This document shows positions 45,166-54,754 of a stretch of DNA of 64,000 nucleotides, one piece after another. The position numbers were made by a program, and so were the translations under genes. Origin of the DNA: Limisphaerales bacterium (GTDB lineage Bacteria > Verrucomicrobiota > Verrucomicrobiia > Limisphaerales > SIBE01); the NCBI GenBank assembly GCA_044225505.1, contig JBGAIN010000003.1, forward strand, positions 62,001 through 126,000. The letters run 5' to 3'. How positions within the stretch are numbered: the first letter of the stretch is position 1; every line of letters begins with the position of its first letter. The notes under the pieces are model-generated. The model made no database searches. It was not told the origin of the DNA and worked only from the letters and a program-made list of their open reading frames with translations.

Positions 45166-45993
45166 CTACTCGCTGTAGTCCACCGTGTTGGTTTCTCCAA
45201 CAGTGGCTCGGAAAGCGGTCGGCACCGAACGGGAAGACGAAGCCGGAGGACGGGTGCTGATCGGGCGCGGCGTTGCATCCAAATCGGTGGCTGGGTCGCG
45301 CGTGATTGTGCCGCGACGCCCACCAAACGAGCGATCGAGCGACCCGGGTTCCGTGATGCTGTCTTCGAAATCAAGGGACGTCAGCCGTTGATGAGAGATC
45401 GACCCGGTCATGCCGATCAAACGGACGGACATGCGCTGCTCCTCGTCCGGGGTGCGCGCAGCGACGATGATTTCGGCCGAGTCACTCGAGCCGTCGGGGT
45501 AAAACGTAATCGGTCCCATCGGCTTCCCTGCGGGTATATCGCTAATTTCGATCGATTCATCAGGCAGTTCTTGAGGGGCAGGCCCGCAATTGCTGGGCTC
45601 AAGGAGTTTGACGGACTCCACCTGCACGAGGTCGTTCACTTCTTGAACATGCCACTGCGCTTCGCAGAGGTCCGTGAACGAGCCAGGCTGACGCAACGGA
45701 TCTGGCTCCCAAGTCGCCCGAACTTCGCCGGTCGTTGCGGCGGTGGTGTTGGTCAACTCGGGACCAAAAACCAGCTGCACTTTGCGTCCGGAATTGGCCG
45801 CTTGCGCGCGCGCGAAGCGCATGAGCGTTTCGAGGCGCGTCGTTCCTTCTTCCAGTTGGTTGCCTCGGAGCAGATTGGTGAAGTTGAACACCATGGCGCT
45901 GGCCAGTGCGAGCACCAGCGTGACCACCAGCAGCAGTTCAATGAGAGTGAACCCTCGCTGGCGCCATCGCGCATATGGTCGGTGCAATCGCAT
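45166..45993 (-). CDS. Minor pseudopilin, GspH/FimT-like
   Basis: [26 protein letters not shown]. Confidence 0.85.
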   Translation of the reverse strand: MRLHRPYARWRQRGFTLIELLLVVTLVLALASAMVFNFTNLLRGNQLEEGTTRLETLMRFARAQAANSGRKVQLVFGPELTNTTAATTGEVRATWEPDPLRQPGSFTDLCEAQWHVQEVNDLVQVESVKLLEPSNCGPAPQELPDESIEISDIPAGKPMGPITFYPDGSSDSAEIIVAARTPDEEQRMSVRLIGMTGSISHQRLTSLDFEDSITEPGSLDRSFGGRRGTITRDPATDLDATPRPISTRPPASSSRSVPTAFRATVGETNTVDYSE

Positions 45994-46009
45994 CCCTAAA
46001 TCACCTGAA

Positions 46010-46549
46010 CTATTGCTGGTCCGTTCCGATCGGAGTTTCGGTCGCTTTATCCCCGTCCGGCATCAACTTGATATCGTCGTCCGTGTCGGATTGGCCGTCC
46101 GGTCCCACAGAATACAATTTGTAAGGAGGCCCAGTCTTCTTATCGTCTGGCGAGGCGGACATCGTTGTTTTATCGAGGGCTTCGTAGCGCAACGTATGTC
46201 CCCAGGGGTCTTCGAGGCGTGTGCCCGGCTTCAGATATGGGCCCTGCCACTTTTCGCCCAGGCGCTGATTTTCATAATTCGGCTTGGTGACCAAGGCATT
46301 TAATCCACCATCTTGCTCGGTGGGATAACGGCCGATATTCAAGCGATACGTATCCAAGGCGGTAGCGACCTGACTGATGAGCAACTTCGTGGTGTTTTTC
46401 TCCGCTCCTTCTTGCTGAGGCAACAGGAAGACCACCAGCGCCGATGCCAGCAGCAATAGGATCACGATCACCAAAAGAATTTCAATGAGGGTAAACCCAG
46501 AGCGGAGTCCTCGGTTCTGTCGCCCAACAGCAGGATTACGAATCGTCAT
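46010..46549 (-). CDS. gspG: Major pseudopilin GspG
   Basis: G|FTLIEILLV, ALDTYRL..GRYPT..GL.AL, WQGPYL, DPWG, SVGPDG...DDDI. Start moved to ATG 46549. Confidence 0.93.
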   Translation of the reverse strand: MTIRNPAVGRQNRGLRSGFTLIEILLVIVILLLLASALVVFLLPQQEGAEKNTTKLLISQVATALDTYRLNIGRYPTEQDGGLNALVTKPNYENQRLGEKWQGPYLKPGTRLEDPWGHTLRYEALDKTTMSASPDDKKTGPPYKLYSVGPDGQSDTDDDIKLMPDGDKATETPIGTDQQ

Positions 46550-46765
46550 AATATGTTTCGGTTCAAGCAAACACGTTTGTAATGGACGTGAGCCAGCCGT
46601 AATAAATTCAACTCCAAAGCTCACCTCATGGTTCCGTCTTGAAACAAGACAGAATGTCCAGAACCCGGACTGGGCACTCTCACGAGCTCGAGCCCAAACT
46701 AAACGGCATAGACTCCTGGCGACCAAATACCGCAACGGGCGGGCCACTTCTGCCCCGAGCAACCA

Positions 46766-47977
46766 CTAGTGTTTGCCCAAAGAGCTTGCCATTGTAAAGA
46801 TCGGAAGCAGCAAGCCCAAGGCCAAGAACCCAATTCCCGCTGCCACCACGCACAAAATCACCGGTTCGACCAACCGCACCGCTTGATCGACCTGCCGATT
46901 CGTCCGCCGCTCCACCGTTTCCGCGATCTGCAACAGCACCTTGTCCAACTTGTTCGATTCCTCGGCGACCATGATCATCGCCAGAATCTGTTCTGGGAAA
47001 AAGCCCCCCGCCGCGAGTGGACCAGACAGGCGCTTACCTTCGCGGACACTCTCGGTCGCTTCGGCGATCCGTTCCGCGAGCAAAGAGGACCCGGTCGCAC
47101 CTTCACTGATCTTCAAGGCCTGGAGCATCGGCACTCCATTCGCCAGCATCGTGCCTAGAATACGGCAGAAACGGGTGATCGCTAACATTTGAAAGGCCGT
47201 CCCCACCACTGGAATTTTCAAACGCCACCGTTCCAAGCGCCGGCGATTCGCTTCGCTCTTGAGTCCGGACCAAATCACGCCGCCGACGCCGGCCAATGCA
47301 AACGGAATTAAATACCAGAACTTCCGCACCGCCTGGCTCATCCCGAACAGGATCTCGGTGGGAAGCGGCTTTTGCGAACTTCCATTCAAAAGCGGCTCGA
47401 AACGCGGCACAAAGAACACCAACGCGGCAATCATCACTCCGGAGCCCAGCAGCGTCAGCAGCATTGGATAGATCATCGCGCCCAAAACTTTTCCGCGCAG
47501 ATCGTCCAGGCGCTCCAGGAATAGCGAAAGGCTGCTGAGCACCTGTTCGAGAAATGCCGCGCGTTCGCCCGCTTGCACCATCGTGGTGTGCAACGGCGGA
47601 AACACGAGTGGGAAACCGCGCAATGCGTCTGTCAATGTTTTGCCGTCCGCAACATCGGCCCGGACCTGCTTCAGTATTTCCACCAGCCGGGGATTGACCG
47701 TGGAGCGAATCAAAGAGTCTAACGCTCGCAACAACGGCACTCCCGACCCGATCAGGTCGGCCAGTTGCGAATACATCATCCCGACATCCCGGCTCCGCAC
47801 CCGCCCACGCAGCAGCCCTTTCTTGCCTTTCGTGGCACTTTGACGCCCCGCCACCGCGATCGGGAAAAGCCGCTTGTCCTCTAACAAACGCAGAACGGCC
47901 GCCTCGCTTTCGGCTTCTAAAACGCCGGCCACTTTTTGACCGGATTCATCGCGCGCTGTGTATTGAAAGGTCGTCAT
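46766..47977 (-). CDS. gspF: Type II secretion inner membrane protein GspF/PilC
   Basis: FQYTARD..G, SGVPLLRAL, AMIYP, GVPMLQAL, LVEP...LLPIF. Confidence 0.95.
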   Translation of the reverse strand: MTTFQYTARDESGQKVAGVLEAESEAAVLRLLEDKRLFPIAVAGRQSATKGKKGLLRGRVRSRDVGMMYSQLADLIGSGVPLLRALDSLIRSTVNPRLVEILKQVRADVADGKTLTDALRGFPLVFPPLHTTMVQAGERAAFLEQVLSSLSLFLERLDDLRGKVLGAMIYPMLLTLLGSGVMIAALVFFVPRFEPLLNGSSQKPLPTEILFGMSQAVRKFWYLIPFALAGVGGVIWSGLKSEANRRRLERWRLKIPVVGTAFQMLAITRFCRILGTMLANGVPMLQALKISEGATGSSLLAERIAEATESVREGKRLSGPLAAGGFFPEQILAMIMVAEESNKLDKVLLQIAETVERRTNRQVDQAVRLVEPVILCVVAAGIGFLALGLLLPIFTMASSLGKH

Positions 47978-47987
47978 CAGCGGCTAA

Positions 47988-49658
47988 TTAGAGCGCGGTG
48001 CAAGTCAGAACTTCGTCAATGGTCGTGGCTCCCTGGCGCACTTTCACCCAGCCATCTTCGCGCAAAAGTCTCAATCCGGTGTGGCGTCCCGCCGCCACGA
48101 TCTCAGGCAAAGGCGCGCGCACCATGATCTTTTCCGCGATGACATCGTTCATGAGCAGCAGTTCATAGAGGCCCAAGCGACCCCGGAACCCGGTCTTTCG
48201 GCAATGCTCGCATCCCGTGCCCCGATAGAGTTTGTCCGTGGGCTGAAGCTGAAAGTCCGGCGGAACTTTTTCCGTCTCCGGCGACGCTTCCGTTTTGCAT
48301 TTGGGACAAATCTTGCGCACCAGACGCTGGGCCATCGATCCGATCAACGTGCTGCTGACCAGGTACGGTTCCACTCCCATGTCGATGAGCCGCATCGGCG
48401 CTGACGCGGCGTCGTTCGTATGCAACGTCGAGAGGACCAAGTGGCCCGTGAGCGACGCTTGAATGGCGGCACGCGCGGTTTCCAAGTCCCGGATTTCACC
48501 AATCATGACAACGTCCGGGTCATGACGAAGAATGGCGCGCAACCCGCGCTCAAATGTCATTCCCACATTCGAATCGACCGGAATCTGATTGACGCCGTGC
48601 AAATGGTATTCGACCGGATCCTCGACGGTCAGCACTTTGATTCCAGGTCCAACGATCGCATTGAGCGCGGCGTAGAGAGTCGTTGTTTTCCCACTGCCGG
48701 TCGGTCCCGTCACGAGAATGATGCCGTGCGGGTGATCGATCAAACTCTTGAACCGTTCATGCGTCACATTGTCCATGCCCAGTTGCTGCAACGTGAAAAG
48801 CACGTTCGCTTTGTCCAACAGACGCATTACGATCCCCTCTCCAAAGAGCATCGGAATGACGCTCACGCGCACGTCAATTTGGCGCCCTCCCACTTGGAAC
48901 TTAATGCGTCCGTCCTGCGGCACGCGACGTTCCGCAATGTTCAGATTCGCCAGGATCTTGACACGGCTGATGATCGCCGCTTGAAACCGGTGCATTTGCG
49001 GAGGAATGGAAGCCTCCTGCAATACACCGTCGATGCGATAGCGAATGGAAAGATTGTGTTCGTAGGGCTCGATATGAATGTCACTCGCGCGTTCGTTCAC
49101 CGCTTCGAGAATGATCTCATTGACCAGCTTGATGACGCTCGCTTCCTGCGCCATCTCGAGCAGGTCTTCGCTGCTCTCCCCCGTGACCACAGCCGCTTCC
49201 GGCCCCTCGCCCCCGACCATCTCGTCCAGGGTATCGCCTCCCAAGCCGAAATGGGTTTTGATGACCTTTTCGATCTCATCCTTCACCGCGAGCACCGGCT
49301 GAATGCTCAACCCGGTCAGCAAGCGCAAGTCATCGAACGCGTACAGGTCGAACGCGTCGCTCGTGGCAACATTCAGATACCCATTCGTTCGAGAGATTGG
49401 AACCAGCCGTTTCCGGTAAACGATCTTCGCCGGCAACGCTTTTAGAATTTCGGCATCAATGGAAATGTCTTCGAGGCTGACCAGCGGCAAATGCAGCTCA
49501 TTCGCCATCAATTCCAAGACCTGACGTTCGGTGAGAAATCCCAATTGCACGACCGCCCGGTCCAAACGCAATCCTTCCGACTGCTGTAAGGCGAGCGCCT
49601 CGTTTAACTGAGGCTGTGTCAACAACCCTTTCTGCAGCAATAACTTCGTCAATGTCAT
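47988..49658 (-). CDS. gspE: Type II secretion ATPase GspE/PilB
   Basis: ASDIHIEP, GPTGSGKTT, EDPVEY, LRHDPD, GHLVLSTLH, tetracysteine CPKC/CEHC. Start moved to ATG 49658. Confidence 0.96.
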   Translation of the reverse strand: MTLTKLLLQKGLLTQPQLNEALALQQSEGLRLDRAVVQLGFLTERQVLELMANELHLPLVSLEDISIDAEILKALPAKIVYRKRLVPISRTNGYLNVATSDAFDLYAFDDLRLLTGLSIQPVLAVKDEIEKVIKTHFGLGGDTLDEMVGGEGPEAAVVTGESSEDLLEMAQEASVIKLVNEIILEAVNERASDIHIEPYEHNLSIRYRIDGVLQEASIPPQMHRFQAAIISRVKILANLNIAERRVPQDGRIKFQVGGRQIDVRVSVIPMLFGEGIVMRLLDKANVLFTLQQLGMDNVTHERFKSLIDHPHGIILVTGPTGSGKTTTLYAALNAIVGPGIKVLTVEDPVEYHLHGVNQIPVDSNVGMTFERGLRAILRHDPDVVMIGEIRDLETARAAIQASLTGHLVLSTLHTNDAASAPMRLIDMGVEPYLVSSTLIGSMAQRLVRKICPKCKTEASPETEKVPPDFQLQPTDKLYRGTGCEHCRKTGFRGRLGLYELLLMNDVIAEKIMVRAPLPEIVAAGRHTGLRLLREDGWVKVRQGATTIDEVLTCTAL

Positions 49659-49898
49659 CGACAATCTGAGGGAGACTGGATCCAGCCGCCATTCCATTAG
49701 ACTCGGACGCTGTCCAGGGCATTCGATCAGACTTGCGCAGCAGGGAATGGACCAAGCCCCCCGGGATAGTTTGCGAACAGAGAGCGCAGCCCGGCAAGCG
49801 CTATTATCTCGGCCAAAACGCCGGACCTGACAGGCCCACGGCGCGGCGAGGAATAACCCCATGACTTAGAAACCCACTTTGGCCGAAATCGGCTTCAC

Positions 49899-50094
49899 CC
49901 CGCTCGGTCGCCGCGCTCCAGCGACGTTCAGGTCTCGGTGAAGCATCCTTTAGCCCTCGATCGCGGATTGATCGAGAAACAAGCCTAACCGTTATCCGAC
50001 CGCAGCCCGACCAAAACCTGATCGAACCCAGACCGTCGCTGAACGGTCCCCCATCGAGACCTGATCGAGACCTGATCGAACCCAGAGCGGATGG
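49899..50094. repeat. Inverted array of 10-11-bp tandem repeats (consensus GATCGARMCCW) around a central hairpin
   Basis: Right arm includes CATCGAGACCT GATCGAGACCT GATCGAACCCA. Left arm includes inverted AGGTCTCGGTG and AGCCCTCGATC. Centre CTCGATC-N7-GATCGAG. Confidence 0.7.
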
Positions 50095-50168
50095 TCGAAG
50101 CACAAATCGGAGGATGATTCCCCTCGGGGCGGACAACGAAACCGTACGTGACCCATTGAGGTTGCCGA

Positions 50169-52637
50169 TCAACCAGCCCCTGATGTCCTTTTGGCTTCTT
50201 TGGCAGGCTGAGCGAGGCCTAAGTTCGGATCGCAGAGGCTCTCCTGGCCCGTTTCGATTCTGCCGGCGTAGCGTATGGCGAAATCCGGCGCGCCCGAGAC
50301 GCGCAGCGCCAAGTCGTACCATCCGTGACTCGCCGCAAAGCTGGACTCGATCGTGGTCGCGGCATTTGAACTACCCGCAGGCCCCAATGTAACCGTTTGG
50401 ACTGGAGCTCCATAGCTAAGGTCTTGCAACCCTACCGCCAGGGCGGATGGCCCGACGTTCTTGAGGCGCAGAAGCGCACCGGGCCGGCCGGGGACAGGCG
50501 AAAGGACGGAGTCCAAAGCCACCTCCAGCCCGGGATCCGCTGCGGAGCCTTTAAACTCACGGAAGAACCCATTGGGTCCATGGACACACAGATGATACTT
50601 TCCGCCGTCGAAATCGGCCAGAGCCCACTGGTCGGTCAGAAGTTCCCCGGCAGCGACGGCATAAGCCCAGGTGCGGCCCCGCGCGAAGTTGCCGTGCGGC
50701 TTGCCCGGGGGTCGAATCGGAGCAGGCGTGTAGACATGGAACGGAGCGCCAGCTGAACGAGTTCCAAACTGCTTTTGCCCGGCTAAAAAGCGGATCGAGA
50801 ACGCTTTGCGATCGGGATTGAGTGAGCCATCGACGGACAATTCATAGGGGAGTGCGCAGGACGGGCGCAGGCCAGGCTCCTGTTTGGCCAGGAGCTCGGA
50901 GGCTCTCGGCTCGCCCCGGACCTGGCGGATCTCATTTGGCGTGAACTCTTTGTAACCAGTAGGCACGCCCTTGAACTTCGCCTGGTGAATCGATGGCGCG
51001 AATGAATTCCAGTCCACAGCCTGGGGTGCTTCGATCTTTTCGCCCTGATACGGACGAAAGGCGGCGCTCAGGTCGCCGCAGACGGCCCGTCGCCAAGCGC
51101 TGATGTTTTCTTCGCGGATCGGTTTGCCCGTTTTGTGCGTCAGGATGGTCTCGAGCAATTGCACGATGGACGTGTGATCGAAGACTTGGGAACAGACATA
51201 GCCGCCCCGGCTCCAAGGAGAGGCGACCAGCAACGGCACGCGAAACCCAAGCCCGATCGGACCGGTCCGGCCTTCAGCTCCAAGCGAATTCTCCTGGTCT
51301 GCGGTCACTTGCTCGGTGGCGGTATCGAGGGCGGCCGAAGCTTTGCCCGTTTCCGGTCTCTCCGGGTGAGGGGCAACAAAGGGGGGAACATGGTCGAAAT
51401 AACCGTCGTTTTCGTCGTAACAGAGGACAAAGATCGTCTTTTTCCAAACGTCGGGGTTGTGCGTCAGGATATCGATCACTTCGGAGACATACCAGGCGCC
51501 GAACCATGGCGCGCCCGGGTGATCCGAAAAGTTCTCCGGCGCCACAATCCACGAGACGGTCGGCAGTTTCCCTTCGCGAACGTCCTGGCGGAACTGGTGA
51601 AGCACATCGCCTTTAGGAACCTTCATTTGGCGGGGCGTCGCGCCGTCCTTGTAGGAAAGGACCGTGAGCGCGTGATAATTCGGATCGCCACGGTTGGTGG
51701 TAAAGGCGCGCCGATGCAGTTGCTGCTCGCGGGGCGAAAGCTTGGCGAAAGCGGCTTCATTCCATTGTTTTGGCTCGGCGCGGCCTTGCTCCGCCAGGAA
51801 ACGCTGGTGCGCGGCCGAAAAGCGAACGTGGTACTGAGTAAACCACTCGAGGGGATTGTCGGTGAAATTGGCCAGCCACGCATCACCCTCGCCTTCCAAG
51901 CCGGTTGGCAAGCTCAGTTCGTTCTGGTAAACGCGCCAATCAACGCCAGCCTCTTCCAAACGTTCGGGGAAGGTCTTCCAGCTGGCTTCGGAGCCATAAT
52001 CGACATCCGAGTTACGCACGTTGGCTTTAGCCCGGATGGAAGGGCGATCGCGAATCGTGCCGCTCCAAAGGTAGAGGCGATTGGGAGTGGTGCCAGTGAG
52101 GGAGGAACAGAAGTTTTGATCGCAAATGGTGAACGCGTCGGCCAATGCGTAATAAAAGGGAAGATCTTCGCGACTGTAGTAGCCAAGGGTTAACGGCATG
52201 TCCGCATAGGCGGCATTGCCCGAGCGCTTGGCGTCCAACCACCCATCATGCCTGCCTTGATTGCGAGCATCCACCTGGTCGGGCCATGTGTGGGGGAGAG
52301 AACTCATCCAGGTTGCCCGAGTGTCTTTGATGTTGAGCCGGAATGGCGCAAAGGTCTTTCCAGCCGCGTTGCTCTGCAGCCAGACCGGATTCCCATTCGG
52401 CAACGTCACGGCCCGCGGATCATTAAACCCGCGCACCCCTCGGAGAGTCCCGAAGGTATGATCGAACGATCGATTCTCTTGCATGAGGATCACGACATGC
52501 TCGGCGTCAAGGTAAGAGCTGCCTTGCGGGGGATCGATCGCGAGGGCGCGCTGAATCGATGCCGACCAGGTGGCGGATAAACTTCCTCCGGCGGCCAAAA
52601 GCGCTGCTTTTTTAAGGAAATCGCGTCGCGTGTCCAT
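50169..52637 (-). CDS. Phosphocholine-specific phospholipase C (PlcN/PlcH family), Tat-exported
   Basis: MDTRRDFLKKA Tat motif, MQENRSFDH, TTPNR, YDENDGYFDHVPP, DHTS, DUF756-like C-terminus (HGPNGFFR; HGWYD). Start moved to ATG 52637. Confidence 0.93.
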   Translation of the reverse strand: MDTRRDFLKKAALLAAGGSLSATWSASIQRALAIDPPQGSSYLDAEHVVILMQENRSFDHTFGTLRGVRGFNDPRAVTLPNGNPVWLQSNAAGKTFAPFRLNIKDTRATWMSSLPHTWPDQVDARNQGRHDGWLDAKRSGNAAYADMPLTLGYYSREDLPFYYALADAFTICDQNFCSSLTGTTPNRLYLWSGTIRDRPSIRAKANVRNSDVDYGSEASWKTFPERLEEAGVDWRVYQNELSLPTGLEGEGDAWLANFTDNPLEWFTQYHVRFSAAHQRFLAEQGRAEPKQWNEAAFAKLSPREQQLHRRAFTTNRGDPNYHALTVLSYKDGATPRQMKVPKGDVLHQFRQDVREGKLPTVSWIVAPENFSDHPGAPWFGAWYVSEVIDILTHNPDVWKKTIFVLCYDENDGYFDHVPPFVAPHPERPETGKASAALDTATEQVTADQENSLGAEGRTGPIGLGFRVPLLVASPWSRGGYVCSQVFDHTSIVQLLETILTHKTGKPIREENISAWRRAVCGDLSAAFRPYQGEKIEAPQAVDWNSFAPSIHQAKFKGVPTGYKEFTPNEIRQVRGEPRASELLAKQEPGLRPSCALPYELSVDGSLNPDRKAFSIRFLAGQKQFGTRSAGAPFHVYTPAPIRPPGKPHGNFARGRTWAYAVAAGELLTDQWALADFDGGKYHLCVHGPNGFFREFKGSAADPGLEVALDSVLSPVPGRPGALLRLKNVGPSALAVGLQDLSYGAPVQTVTLGPAGSSNAATTIESSFAASHGWYDLALRVSGAPDFAIRYAGRIETGQESLCDPNLGLAQPAKEAKRTSGAG

Positions 52638-52823
52638 AGCCTCTAGGTTGTTGGTGAACTGGAGGGCAGTCTGGCGAATGAGAACGCCGTTGGCGAGGCG
52701 TTTGTGGCACGGCCGCCTGTCCAACAGCCCTCGCCGTGAAACACTCGATAAGGCGGCGATGCCGCGCCTTGCCCAGTTGGCGAGTCGACAGCGACGAAAC
52801 GAGGTTCGAGACGCGAGCGCCGA

Positions 52824-53567
52824 TCAACGGGCCGGGGTCATGGGCGGACGTTGGGTCAGATAGTCCAATAATGCTTCCATCTGGGGATCGGTAAGCGGTC
52901 CGCCAAAGCGTTTGGCGAACGCTGGCATCCACGTGCCCGCCTTTCCACGACGCATCCAATTCTCCCAGTAGGCCCGGCCTTTTTCACCACGCCCGGGCAA
53001 CGCCGGCACCATCTCAGCACGAACCTCCGCTTCATGGCACGTTCCGCAAAGAGTCCCAAATTGCAAGGCCGGAGCCTTGCCGGCGGCAGGATGCAAATGG
53101 CACTTGGCGCAGTCCCCTTTGAAAACCGCCTGACGGTCTGCAAACGCAGCGTGTTGGTTGCGTTCCCGCGGGGTGGGCTCGGGCATATTGATTTGCAGCG
53201 ACAAGCGGTTGGTCCCAGCTGCAGTCTCGATCGCAATGGTTTGTTTAAAGGATTCCCAACGATCGCGAAGATCAACGTTGACGCGCAGGGGCGCAGACTG
53301 CTCCGCTCCGATGCGCCAGGGCAAGCCGGACGGCAAGACGGGGACCGTGCATTCGCAGGTGGGGCGGACTGCGGTGAGGACGACTTCAGCCCCGGAGGGA
53401 TTGGCCATTTGAAACGCGAAAGACGCGTTCGTTTCGCCGAACCGCACGTTATACTCCTGGGACACCGTATCCCAAATCAGGGGCGCGCCTGTTGAGGGCG
53501 GCTCCCCGGCAAGAGTCGGCGCCAAACTCAAGGCCAGAATTGCCAGCTGAGCCGAAAGCCATTTCAT
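52824..53567 (-). CDS. Exported DUF1573 Ig-like domain protein with di-heme c-type cytochrome
   Basis: Signal peptide, PTCECT, CAKCH, CGTCH, distal WMPAF...GGPLT. Confidence 0.8.
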   Translation of the reverse strand: MKWLSAQLAILALSLAPTLAGEPPSTGAPLIWDTVSQEYNVRFGETNASFAFQMANPSGAEVVLTAVRPTCECTVPVLPSGLPWRIGAEQSAPLRVNVDLRDRWESFKQTIAIETAAGTNRLSLQINMPEPTPRERNQHAAFADRQAVFKGDCAKCHLHPAAGKAPALQFGTLCGTCHEAEVRAEMVPALPGRGEKGRAYWENWMRRGKAGTWMPAFAKRFGGPLTDPQMEALLDYLTQRPPMTPAR

Positions 53568-53786
53568 GAATGCGGTGGGACGCTAGGGCAGCGGAGACAC
53601 TCTGACGAGCGTAATCCTTGCGCTGAGAAATAGGCTGCCGACCAGCGCATCCTTTAAAAACTTTTGTTGCGGATTCGGGACGGATTCTGCGCATGAATGA
53701 CTGGAACACGCGAGTTCAGCCAGGCCGATGATCGAATTCCAACGTAGAGGGTTGGGGGCGGTCGGCTTGGGTAACTCGTTATCGGG

Positions 53787-53850
53787 ACCCGCGCTGGAGA
53801 GGTCTGTGTGCTGTTCACTCAGGCCATTATGGGAACACTCCAGCGCGGGT
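53787..53850. repeat. 13-bp perfect inverted repeat ACCCGCGCTGGAG / CTCCAGCGCGGGT with a 38-nt spacer
   Basis: Seen directly, just downstream of the PIG-L gene. Possible terminator or mRNA-stabilising stem. Confidence 0.55.
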
Positions 53851-53886
53851 TAGTTTTTACAGCCGCCCGGGTCTGGCGCACGTCCC

Positions 53887-54678
53887 TCACAGCCCAGGGA
53901 GGAAGAGTGCCGTCGCAGGTCGATCCACGTGAAAAAACGCCTCCGCCGCGGAGGCTCCGGACTCGCGTCCACGGAATTCAGTGATCGGCCCATGGTGCTC
54001 CCGCCAAATCGCCTCCCCTTGCTGACTTTGATGCGCTAAAAGAGCCGATTTCTTTTTGTCCAGCACGCTCGTGACGTCAACGTAGGTATTCGGGACGAAA
54101 CCCATGGATTGGCTTCCCGTATTGACTTCAAAAAGATAGAGCTGGGGCTTGGGATCGAGGGCCAGGTAACTTCGGATGGTCAAAAGACTGGCGACCTGGT
54201 GGTCCATGTGGGTATCGATCGGCCAATGGGTGAAAAGCACGTCCGGAACTGTCGTGATCAACAATTTACGAAACTGTTCGATCCGATCTGCGGTTAACTC
54301 AGTCGCGCCGTCGATCTGTCCCCCGAAAAGTGGGATGGCTCCCATGATCCGGCAGGCCGCTTCGCATTCCGCACTTCGGATTCGACCGGCTTCGTCCAGG
54401 AGTTTCCCAGGAATGCCCCGCTCGCCGCGCGTTAAGTAAACCACGGTGACCCTGTGGCCCAAGGCAGCGTAGAGCGCCAGGGTGCCAGCGCATCCAGATT
54501 CGGGATCATCCGGATGCCCTCCCACGCAGACCACGCTCAGTCGGCGTCCCCTTCCGTCCGTGGCGGGCGGCGCACTGGCGGCGCGCGCGGCCGTCGTCAT
54601 TGGAAGCGCGGCGGCAACAGCAGCCACGCCGATAGAATGTTTCATGAACCGCCGCCGGGAGAGTGTGGAATCAGGCAT
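53887..54678 (-). CDS. PIG-L/LmbE family deacetylase, Tat-exported
   Basis: SRRRFMK Tat motif, GHPDD, TRGE.G, HMDH. Start moved to ATG 54678. Confidence 0.92.
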   Translation of the reverse strand: MPDSTLSRRRFMKHSIGVAAVAAALPMTTAARAASAPPATDGRGRRLSVVCVGGHPDDPESGCAGTLALYAALGHRVTVVYLTRGERGIPGKLLDEAGRIRSAECEAACRIMGAIPLFGGQIDGATELTADRIEQFRKLLITTVPDVLFTHWPIDTHMDHQVASLLTIRSYLALDPKPQLYLFEVNTGSQSMGFVPNTYVDVTSVLDKKKSALLAHQSQQGEAIWREHHGPITEFRGRESGASAAEAFFHVDRPATALFLPGL

Positions 54679-54754
54679 GCGACAGTTCTGCCCGTGTTCT
54701 TGAAGAGCGTCAATCTGCGAGACGCCCAGCAGTATCAAGGGCCGGTGCCGCCGG

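Noticed and set aside
49659..49862. Long N-terminal extensions in the ORF track (gspE, gspG, gspI, plc, CotH, DUF423)
   Set aside because: Signal peptides or domain starts indicate downstream start codons.
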